A stretch of 32,000 bases of DNA from Bellilinea caldifistulae (GTDB lineage: Bacteria; Chloroflexota; Anaerolineae; Anaerolineales; Anaerolineaceae): positions 90,001 through 122,000 of the forward strand of contig NZ_LGHJ01000014.1 of assembly GCF_001306055.1 (NCBI RefSeq), read 5' to 3'. Under the pieces are notes generated by a model that was not told the origin of the DNA, searched no databases, and saw nothing but the letters and a program-made list of their open reading frames with translations. Positions 22,763-30,665 of the stretch are shown here, piece by piece. A program made the position numbers and the translations under genes. Each line of letters starts with the position of its first letter. Position 1 is the first letter of the stretch.

Positions 22763-25700
22763 TTATTCGCTCTTACCAGCGGCTGGCTCTTGCCCGTGCC
22801 CATTATACTGAATGGCAGCCATTTGCTGGTAGAGTTTCCAGCGGCGGATGGCGTCTTCGCGGGCCAGTTTCATCAAGGCTTCGGCGCGGGATTCGTCGCT
22901 TTGCAGTAACATGCGGTAGCGGGTTTCATTGTATGCGTAATCCTCCACCGGAACCGACGGATCGCGCGAATCGAGCTGCAGGGGATTCTTGCCTTCTTCT
23001 GACAGCATGGGATTGTAGCGGAAGACAGGCCAGACCCCGGCTTGAACTGCCAGTTTTTGCTGCTCCAGGCCTTTGCGCATGTCAATACCGTGAGCGATGC
23101 AGTGGCTGTAAGCGATGATCAGGGACGGGCCTTCGTAGGCATCGGCTTCGAGGAAGGCTTTGAGGGTTTGGGCGTCGTTGTAGCCCATGGCGACGCGCGC
23201 CACATAGACATACCCGTAGGCCATGGCGATCATGCCAAGGTCCTTCTTGGGCAGGTTCTTCCCGTTGGCGGCAAATTTGGCAACCGCTGCGCGCGGGGTA
23301 GCCTTGGAGGACTGTCCACCGGTGTTGGAGTACACCTCGGTATCCAGCACCAGAATGTTGACATCCCGCCCGGAAGCGAGGACATGGTCCAAACCGCCGT
23401 AGCCGATATCGTAAGCCCAGCCGTCACCGCCGATGATCCAGACACTCTTGCGCACCAAAAAATCTGCCAGATCCAACAGCATGGTAGCGCGCGGGTCTTT
23501 GAGCGATTGAAGCACCTGTTTCAATTGGGCTACCCGTTCGCGCTGGGCTTTGATGCCGGTTTCGCTGGTCTGGTCGGCGGTCAAGATGGCATCTACCAAA
23601 ACCTGTCCGATTTGGGGAGCAAGCGCCACCAGTAATTCGCGGGCGAACTCACTTTGTTTGTCAATGGTCAGGCGCATGCCCAAACCAAATTCAGCGTTAT
23701 CCTCAAACAGACTGTTCGACCATGCCGGGCCGCGCCCTTCGCGGTTGACCGCCCATGGGGTGGTGGGTAAGTTACCGCCGTAAATAGAGGAACAACCGGT
23801 GGCGTTGGCAATCACGGTGCGGTCGCCGAACAACTGAGATACCAGTTTGACATAGGGCGTTTCGCCGCAACCGGCGCAGGCGCCCGAGAACTCAAATAGC
23901 GGTTCGAGCAATTGAGAGTTTTTCACCGTCCCGACGCTGATCGCCGTGCGATCCACCTCCGGCAGGGAGAGGAAAAATTCCCAGTTGACCCGTTCGGTTT
24001 CGCGCAGGGGCGGCTGAGGAGCCATGTTGATCGCCTTCAAACCAACCTGCGACTTGTTCTTGGCGGGACAGGCTTCCACGCACAGGGCGCAGCCAGTGCA
24101 ATCCTCCGGGGCGACCTGGATGGTGAACATCATCCCTGGAAATTCCTTGAATTTGGCAGGGGTGGATTTGAAAGTCTCCGGGGCATTTTCCAGATATTTG
24201 GGGTCATAGACTTTCTGGCGGATGACCGCATGCGGGCAAACCAGTGCGCACTTGCCGCATTGGATGCATACCTCCGGGTCCCAAACCGGAATTTCCAAGG
24301 CGATGTTGCGTTTTTCCCAACGGGCGGTGGCGGTGGGGAAGGTGCCGTCCACCGGCAGTTTGCTGACCGGCAGGTTGTCGCCTTCAAACACCATCATCGG
24401 CGCCAGCGTTTCGCGTACAAAAGCCGGGGCTTCATCGGCAACAGCCTTGCGGCGGCTGAATGTGCTGGTCACCCGATCCGGCACTTTGACCTCAAACAGG
24501 TTGTCGAGGGTGTGATCCACCGCTTCAAAATTGCGTTTGACCACGGCTTCGCCGCGTTTACCGTACGTCTTTTCGATGCTCTTCTTGATTTGAGCAATGG
24601 CTTCATCCCGCGGTAAAACACCGCTGATGGCGAAGAAGCAGGTCTGCATGATGGTGTTGATGCGGCCGCCCATACCGGTCTTTTGAGCGACCTCATAAGC
24701 GTCAATCACGTAGAATTTTAATTTTTTATCAATGATCGTTTGTTGAACTTCGCGCGGCAGGTGATCCCATACCTGATCGGGCGGATAAATGCTATTGAGA
24801 AGGAACACGGCGCCTGGAGCGGCGTATTTGAGAACATCCAGCCGTTCCAGGAAGGTGAACTGGTGGCAGGCGACAAAATTGGCCTGGCCGGGTTGGATCA
24901 GGTAAGGCGCTCGAATCGGGCGCGGGCCAAAACGCAGATGCGAAATAGTGACCGAGCCGGATTTCTTGGAATCATACACAAAGTAACCCTGGGCGTAGTT
25001 GTCGGTTTCTTCGCCGATGATTTTGATTGAGTTTTTATTGGCGCCTACGGTACCATCTGCGCCCAGGCCGAAGAAAACGCAGCGCACGGTTTGAGGATGT
25101 TCAATCGAGAAGGAGGCATCATAGTCCAGGCTGGTGTGGCTGACATCGTCCACAATCCCCACGGTGAAATGGTTGCGCGGGGTATCGGATTTCAATTCAT
25201 CGAAGATGGCTTTGACCATGCCCGGCGTAAACTCTTTTGAAGAAAGACCGTAACGACCGGCAACCATCACCGGCAGGTGTTGAAACGGCGCTTTTCCAGT
25301 CCGTAAGGCTTCGGTGACGGCGGTTACCACATCTTCATACAAGGGTTCACCGGCGGCGCCGGGTTCTTTGGTGCGGTCTAAAACAGCAATCTTCTGGACG
25401 CTGGCCGGCAGGGCTTTCATCAGGCTTTCCAGCGAGAAGGGGCGGTAAAGGCGGACGGTAACCACGCCGACTCTTTCACCCTGCTGCTGCAGGTAAAGGG
25501 CGGTTTCCTCGGCGGTTTCGGCTCCGGAACCCATCAAGATGATCACCCGCTCGGCATCCGGCGCACCGGCGTAGTCAAACAGATGGTAGGAGCGCCCCGT
25601 CAATCGGGCAAATTGATCCATTGCTTCCTGGACAATCGCCGGGCAGGCATTATAGAAGGGGTTGATCGCTTCGCGTGCCTGGAAGAAGACATCCGGGTTC

Positions 25701-26359
25701 ATGGCGGTTCCGCGCAGGACGGGGTGATCGGGGCTGAGGGCGCGGGCGCGGTGCTGACGGACGGCTTCCATGTCAATCATGGCGCGCAGGTCATCTTCGC
25801 TGAGATATTCGATTTTGTTCACTTCGTGAGATGTACGGAAACCGTCGAAGAAGTGCAGGAAGGGGATGCGTGAACGCAGCGAGGCAGCCTGGGCAATCAA
25901 CGCCATGTCATGGGCTTCCTGTGGTGAGCGGGATGCCAGCAAAGCCCAGCCGGTCTGGCGGGTGGCCATTACATCGGAGTGATCGCCAAAAATAGAGAGC
26001 GCGTGGGTAGCCACTGTGCGCGCCGAAACATGGAAAACAGCCGGGGTTAGTTCGCCGGCGATTTTGTACATGTTGGGGATCATCAACAGCAGGCCCTGAG
26101 AGGCAGTAAAGGTGGTGGTCAGCGAGCCGGTTTGCAAAGCGCCGTGAACCGCACCGGCGGCGCCCCCTTCGGATTGCATTTCCACAACCAGCGGAACGGT
26201 GCCCCAAATATTGGGGATTTTGGCGGCTGACCAGGCATCAGCCAGTTCGCCCATCCCCGATGAGGGGGTAATCGGGTAGATGGCGATGACTTCATTCAGC
26301 CGATAGGCCACATAAGCAACAGCCTCATTGGCATCTACGGTAATCTTTTGTCGTGTCAT
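22763..26359 (-). CDS. nifJ: Pyruvate:ferredoxin (flavodoxin) oxidoreductase, single-polypeptide NifJ/YdbK type
   Basis: About 1200 aa. Two ferredoxin-type clusters (CIQCGKCALVCPHA, CTGCALCVEACPA), a TPP-binding GGDGWAYDIG motif and an N-terminal IAIYPITPSS. The ATG at 26359 (GGAG 9 nt upstream) is preferred to the GTG at 26374. Confidence 0.97.
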   Translation of the reverse strand: MTRQKITVDANEAVAYVAYRLNEVIAIYPITPSSGMGELADAWSAAKIPNIWGTVPLVVEMQSEGGAAGAVHGALQTGSLTTTFTASQGLLLMIPNMYKIAGELTPAVFHVSARTVATHALSIFGDHSDVMATRQTGWALLASRSPQEAHDMALIAQAASLRSRIPFLHFFDGFRTSHEVNKIEYLSEDDLRAMIDMEAVRQHRARALSPDHPVLRGTAMNPDVFFQAREAINPFYNACPAIVQEAMDQFARLTGRSYHLFDYAGAPDAERVIILMGSGAETAEETALYLQQQGERVGVVTVRLYRPFSLESLMKALPASVQKIAVLDRTKEPGAAGEPLYEDVVTAVTEALRTGKAPFQHLPVMVAGRYGLSSKEFTPGMVKAIFDELKSDTPRNHFTVGIVDDVSHTSLDYDASFSIEHPQTVRCVFFGLGADGTVGANKNSIKIIGEETDNYAQGYFVYDSKKSGSVTISHLRFGPRPIRAPYLIQPGQANFVACHQFTFLERLDVLKYAAPGAVFLLNSIYPPDQVWDHLPREVQQTIIDKKLKFYVIDAYEVAQKTGMGGRINTIMQTCFFAISGVLPRDEAIAQIKKSIEKTYGKRGEAVVKRNFEAVDHTLDNLFEVKVPDRVTSTFSRRKAVADEAPAFVRETLAPMMVFEGDNLPVSKLPVDGTFPTATARWEKRNIALEIPVWDPEVCIQCGKCALVCPHAVIRQKVYDPKYLENAPETFKSTPAKFKEFPGMMFTIQVAPEDCTGCALCVEACPAKNKSQVGLKAINMAPQPPLRETERVNWEFFLSLPEVDRTAISVGTVKNSQLLEPLFEFSGACAGCGETPYVKLVSQLFGDRTVIANATGCSSIYGGNLPTTPWAVNREGRGPAWSNSLFEDNAEFGLGMRLTIDKQSEFARELLVALAPQIGQVLVDAILTADQTSETGIKAQRERVAQLKQVLQSLKDPRATMLLDLADFLVRKSVWIIGGDGWAYDIGYGGLDHVLASGRDVNILVLDTEVYSNTGGQSSKATPRAAVAKFAANGKNLPKKDLGMIAMAYGYVYVARVAMGYNDAQTLKAFLEADAYEGPSLIIAYSHCIAHGIDMRKGLEQQKLAVQAGVWPVFRYNPMLSEEGKNPLQLDSRDPSVPVEDYAYNETRYRMLLQSDESRAEALMKLAREDAIRRWKLYQQMAAIQYNGHGQEPAAGKSE

Positions 26360-26394
26360 GTCGGTTAACTCCACATCGAGATGATAGAAATCCC

Positions 26395-26434
26395 AAAAAC
26401 AGCCTGCTTTCTTCTCTGAAAGTCAGGCTGTTTT
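26395..26434 (-). terminator. Intrinsic (bidirectional-looking) terminator after the NUDIX gene, 36 nt upstream of the PFOR start
   Basis: CAGCCTG+CTTTC pairs with GAAAG(+1 bulge)+CAGGCTG, with a 6-nt loop. It is flanked by A5 and T4; the minus strand continues TTTTTGGGATTT. Confidence 0.65.
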
Positions 26435-26543
26435 AATGTTCGGCCGTCTTGCGTGTCCAGACATTCATCTATGAGAGTGTATCTTTTCTTGGACGAATGG
26501 GTAAGTTATATTGGTCATTTAATTTGTATGTTTCCTGTCATAT

Positions 26544-27080
26544 TTACAAATCACCCCTCAACCGCTTCTGCGCCAGCATCAACGCTGCCAGGCTTTTGGC
26601 GTCGCGCAGTTCTCCATTCTGTGCCATTTCCACGGCTTGTTCGGCCGGAATGGTGACCAGTTGCAAAAATTCATCGGCATCCTGCTCCAAAGGGGAGGGG
26701 TAAAGTGCGCTCGCCAGGAAGATGTACATGTGTTCACTGGAATAACCGGGAGCCAGGTAAAAGTCGCCCAGTAGTTCCAGCTTTCCGGCTGCCATGCCGG
26801 TTTCCTCGCGAATTTCACGAGCAGCGCAGGTGTGTGGATCCTCCCCCTCGTTCAGCACACCGGCCGGAAGTTCCAGTAATTCCTCGCCGACGCCAATGCG
26901 GTACTGTTTTACAAACAAGATATTTCCCTGAGCGTCCAGCGGGACAATGGTAACCGAACCGCTGTGTTGGACGAGATCGTAGGGGCGGACGGCACCATCC
27001 GGCAGCCTCAAATGCACCTTTTCCACCTCAAAAGCACGACCCCGATAGATGGTTTCTCGTTGAAGAATGGCAAAGTTCAT
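26544..27080 (-). CDS. NUDIX hydrolase (ADP-ribose pyrophosphatase-like)
   Basis: Nudix box GVLNEGEDPHTCAAREIREETG. The start at 27080 (MNFAILQRETIYRG...) is preferred to 27134, but the start is uncertain. Confidence 0.85.
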   Translation of the reverse strand: MNFAILQRETIYRGRAFEVEKVHLRLPDGAVRPYDLVQHSGSVTIVPLDAQGNILFVKQYRIGVGEELLELPAGVLNEGEDPHTCAAREIREETGMAAGKLELLGDFYLAPGYSSEHMYIFLASALYPSPLEQDADEFLQLVTIPAEQAVEMAQNGELRDAKSLAALMLAQKRLRGDL

Positions 27081-27175
27081 CCTGCACCTTTTGGATTTGG
27101 AATTAAGCACAAATGGCAGGGTTTCCCCTGCCATGATTGTACCATTTACACTGGCCGCTCAGTGAAGAAACGGCT

Positions 27176-27835
27176 TTACGGAATGCGGAGAACGTCTCCG
27201 ACTTTGAGGGTGTATGGGGCTTGCAGGTTGTTGGCAGCTGCAATGGCCAGCGGATCCACATCTCCAAAGTCGCAGGCGATTGAGTAGATGGTATCGCCGG
27301 CTTTGACGGTGTAATCAGCCGGGTGGGCTTTGAGAGCGCGCGGGCCGGAAGACCAGGTACCCGTTGCGGGGATCTTCAAAACCGTTCCTTCAGCCGGGCG
27401 GGAATTCATGTTGAGGTTGTTGGCGGAGAAGAAAGAGTTGAGATCCAGATTATAGCGCCGGGCGATGCAGATGGGCCATTCGCCTTTTTGCAGGGTGTAA
27501 GTTTCCGGGCGGCTGAGGGTTGGCAAAACCGGCAGAGTGGTAGTGGGTTGGGGTACCGGTGTGTCGGTGACCACAATAATCGGTGTTGCTTCGCCGGGCG
27601 TTTCCGGGGTGATTTCCTGCGGTTGGGCGGTCGGCTGCTGGGCAGCCTGAGTCTGCTGGACGATTTCGGTCAGCCGCTGGTTCGGATCAACCGTAGAAAT
27701 CGGGAATGGGATTTCGGAGGTGGCGGTGGCTTCGCCGGGTTGTTTGGTGGTGGCCGAACGAGTGCAGGCAGCCATGCTCACCACAACCAGTATACTGATC
27801 AGCGCCACTACAAAAAGGTTCTTTTTCATCTTCAT
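27176..27835 (-). CDS. Secreted protein or lipoprotein with two LysM peptidoglycan-binding domains
   Basis: Signal peptide ending SMAAC, then a Pro/Thr/Gln-rich linker. Two LysM units follow (YTLQKGEWPICIARRYNLDL...GTVLKIP and YTVKAGDTIYSIACDFGVD...GDVLRIP). Confidence 0.85.
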   Translation of the reverse strand: MKMKKNLFVVALISILVVVSMAACTRSATTKQPGEATATSEIPFPISTVDPNQRLTEIVQQTQAAQQPTAQPQEITPETPGEATPIIVVTDTPVPQPTTTLPVLPTLSRPETYTLQKGEWPICIARRYNLDLNSFFSANNLNMNSRPAEGTVLKIPATGTWSSGPRALKAHPADYTVKAGDTIYSIACDFGDVDPLAIAAANNLQAPYTLKVGDVLRIP

Positions 27836-28058
27836 TCTCCTTCTGAGGGTACGAATTCCCGAATTTCGTGTAAACTTTCCTCAGGATTTCATCACTTGCA
27901 ATGATACTAGCATAAGCATTATCCTGCGTCAAGCGAAGATTCGGGGGTAATTTCATCACTCCATGCAATAAGTATGCCAGATTTTGATTTTTCGGTGTTG
28001 AAAAAATGCGGGTAAAATTGAGCGCAAGGATTTCTTTTTTCGGGGTTTCTACACGAAA

Positions 28059-28484
28059 ATGAACATTTATTTTTCCTGTTCAATTACCGGCGGCAGGAAT
28101 GATCAGCCGGTTTATGCCACCATTGTGCGGGCTTTGCTGGAAGATGGTCATCATGTGCCTACGGCAATCCTTGCCAGCCCACAGGTGATGGACATGGAAA
28201 TGGTGGTGGATCCGCGCGAGGTTTACCGCCGGGATGTCAACTGGGTGCGGGCGTGTGATGCGTTGATTGCGGAGGTGAGCACACCCTCGCATGGGGTGGG
28301 GTATGAAATTGCGCTGGCGCTGATGCTGGAAAAACCGGTGCTGGCCTGTTTTCGGGCTGGGGCAGCCGTTTCCAAAATGATTCTGGGTAACGATCATCCT
28401 CGTTTCAGCATGGGAATGTACAAGGATAGCGAGGAGGCTGTCATATTAATCCGTGACTTTTTACGGGGTCTGGATTGTGAATAA
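28059..28484 (+). CDS. Nucleoside 2-deoxyribosyltransferase-like protein, DNPH1/Rcl-type (2'-deoxynucleoside 5'-phosphate N-hydrolase-like)
   Basis: Close by eye to DNPH1: IYFSCSITGGRNDQPVY (vs YFCGSIRGGRED) and VSTPSHGVGYEIALA (vs VTQPSLGVGYELG, which holds the catalytic Glu). Confidence 0.7.
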   Translation: MNIYFSCSITGGRNDQPVYATIVRALLEDGHHVPTAILASPQVMDMEMVVDPREVYRRDVNWVRACDALIAEVSTPSHGVGYEIALALMLEKPVLACFRAGAAVSKMILGNDHPRFSMGMYKDSEEAVILIRDFLRGLDCE

Positions 28485-28702
28485 GGTCATCCTGAATCTG
28501 TGATGAAACACAATAACGGATGTCAGACCTTTGAGGTAAGATAAGACATGGAGACGCAGACATCCGGACACCTCCAAATTTAGCTCATCGCTGTCTCCTC
28601 CTTTGGCGAATGCCTCCGCTGGGTTACCTCACCGCCCCCGGCGGAGGCTTGCTTTAAACCCCAAACTTCCCCTTCAGGCAGGTGCAACCCGGCCGAGTGG
28701 AA

Positions 28703-30631
28703 TCAACCTTCCACAATCGGGAGGACGATGGTAAATGTGGTTCCCTGCCCAACCGTGGATTCCACCCAAATCCGTCCTTCGTGGCTTTCCACAATCGAGC
28801 GGACGATGGCCAGACCCAAACCAGTACCGGCCACTTCGCTGTTGACATTGCTGGCACGGTAGAACTTATCGAAAATGAATGGCAAATCAACCGAGGGAAT
28901 GCCGATGCCCTCGTCTTTGATTTGCAGGATGATCTGGTTCTGCTCCATCTCGCCGTAGATTTCGATTTTTCCGCCGGGCTGAGAATATTTGATGGCATTA
29001 TCAATCAGGTGTTCAAACATCTGGCGGATTTGCACCGGATTGCCATAGAAGGGCGGCATGGGCGAGGGCAGTTTGATTTCCAGGGTGTTGCCTTTGCGTG
29101 CCAAAGCTTTACGGAAGTTATCCGCTGCCAGATCGAGAATCTGGCGCAGGTCAAAGGTTTCCTTGCGGGTGTCAAAGCCGGCCTCAATCCGTCCAAGGTT
29201 GACCAGATCATCTACCAGATGGGTGATGTTCTGGACGCTGGTTTGCACGCGGCGAATAAATTCCTGTTGCAATTCGTTGACCGGGCCGGCCCGTTCGATT
29301 AATTCGGCGTAACCCAGAATAGCCGTCAAGGGAGAGCGTAGATCGTGCGAAACGGTGCTGACGAACTCGCTCTTGATGCGGTCCAGTTTCTTGAGGTAAG
29401 TAATGTCGTGGAGAGTCAGAGCGGTGCCCACATCGGGAATGGGGGTGCGCTGAGCGCCGAATACCCGTCCATCCTCCACCACCAGTTCTGTGCGGTTAGA
29501 AAGGCTGCGGGTGCTGGTGTCCAGTAATTCGAGCAATTCTGGTTGGCTGATGACCTCGCGGTAGGGTTTCCCAATTACATTCATGTGGTGGAGACCCAGC
29601 GCTGCTTCGGCAACCTGATTGATCAGGATGATCTCACGGTTTTGACCGATGACGATGACGCCATCCTGAATCTTTTTCAAGATGGTTTCCAGTTTATTGC
29701 GTTCGGCCTGGGTTTCATCGAACAGCCGGGCATTTTGCAGGGCAATCACGGCGTACTCCGCCAGCGTGGAAAGCAGGTTGATGTCGCGTTTATGGAAGGG
29801 CAGCCTGCTGTGACGGTTATCCACTCCCAGCACACCAAAAACACGATCCTGCACTTTAAGCGGTACATAAATCAGGGCGTGGACCAGATAGGATGTTTTG
29901 ATTTTCTGCGGGGTGCTTTCGTCCAGCACAACCGGTTGAGCCGTCCTCAGCACCGAACCCGCCAGCGTATCCTGAATGGGCAGGCGGAAGGTGCGTACAA
30001 AATCTTCCTGAAAGTTCTTGGCAGCCCGCATGTACAACTCGCCGCTTTCCTCATCCAGCAGTAACAAACTGCCTTCCTCGGCACCGGTCAGCTCAACAGC
30101 GGCTTCGACAATTGCGGAGAGGACTTCGTCCGAATTGAGGGATGAGGTAATGGACTGACCCAGCCTTGCAAGCGTTTCCAGCTCATCCACCCGGCGGCGC
30201 AGCCGGTCGGTGGCCCGGCGGGCTTCCAGCAACACCCAATCGCGTGACTGGCGGACTTTGTTCAAACTTTCCTGAACCGAGGAAAGGATATCCTCGGTGC
30301 GCAGGGGCAGGCACAGGTAATCGCTCACTCCTAATCGCAGAGCTTTTTTGAGCAATTCGGGGGTGTCTTTTTGCACCAGTAAAACAATGGGAATGGCAGG
30401 AAATTGATGAATGAATTTACCGGCGACTTCCAGACCTTTCCCCTGATTCAGGGTTTCGCTGAGTACAATCAATGCCGGGTGATTCTCTTCGGCATAATGA
30501 AAGGCAGCTTCGACATCGCTTTGAATCACCACTGTAAAACCGGCGGATTGCAGTACCCTTTCCAGCAGGTAGGTGATTTGCGGATCCGTAATCAGGACGA
30601 GGATGGTCTGGTCTTTGTTTGGGTTATTCAT
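28703..30631 (-). CDS. Sensor histidine kinase with an N-terminal degenerate (pseudo-)receiver, GAF and PAS domains
   Basis: H-box SHDLRSPLTAILGY, N-box NAIKYS and G-boxes DEGIGI / GTGLGLAIV. The N-terminal CheY-like fold has Ser where the phospho-Asp is expected (ALIVLSETL) and Leu where the conserved Lys is expected (DYLCLPL). Confidence 0.88.
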   Translation of the reverse strand: MNNPNKDQTILVLITDPQITYLLERVLQSAGFTVVIQSDVEAAFHYAEENHPALIVLSETLNQGKGLEVAGKFIHQFPAIPIVLLVQKDTPELLKKALRLGVSDYLCLPLRTEDILSSVQESLNKVRQSRDWVLLEARRATDRLRRRVDELETLARLGQSITSSLNSDEVLSAIVEAAVELTGAEEGSLLLLDEESGELYMRAAKNFQEDFVRTFRLPIQDTLAGSVLRTAQPVVLDESTPQKIKTSYLVHALIYVPLKVQDRVFGVLGVDNRHSRLPFHKRDINLLSTLAEYAVIALQNARLFDETQAERNKLETILKKIQDGVIVIGQNREIILINQVAEAALGLHHMNVIGKPYREVISQPELLELLDTSTRSLSNRTELVVEDGRVFGAQRTPIPDVGTALTLHDITYLKKLDRIKSEFVSTVSHDLRSPLTAILGYAELIERAGPVNELQQEFIRRVQTSVQNITHLVDDLVNLGRIEAGFDTRKETFDLRQILDLAADNFRKALARKGNTLEIKLPSPMPPFYGNPVQIRQMFEHLIDNAIKYSQPGGKIEIYGEMEQNQIILQIKDEGIGIPSVDLPFIFDKFYRASNVNSEVAGTGLGLAIVRSIVESHEGRIWVESTVGQGTTFTIVLPIVEG

Positions 30632-30665
30632 GAACGGTTATGTGCCTCTATAGCATTATACCGGT

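Noticed and set aside
21944-24616. Several plus-strand ORFs (21944-22630, 23042-23635, 23912-24616 and others) inside the DHOD-like and PFOR genes.
   Set aside because: They are antisense to very confidently identified genes, and their products are repetitive and Gly/Arg/His-rich. They have no independent signals.
28485-28702. Possible tRNA, small RNA or terminator in the gap between the DNPH1-like gene and the convergent kinase gene (an 8-bp stem, GCCTCCGC at 28612-28619 with GCGGAGGC at 28641-28648).
   Set aside because: There are no tRNA-like T-arm or anticodon-arm features. The stem has a 21-nt loop and no U-tract on either strand, which is too weak to call.
27323-30064. Plus-strand ORFs 27323-27904, 28682-29302 and 29543-30064.
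   Set aside because: They are antisense to the LysM gene and the histidine kinase gene. No domains are recognisable.
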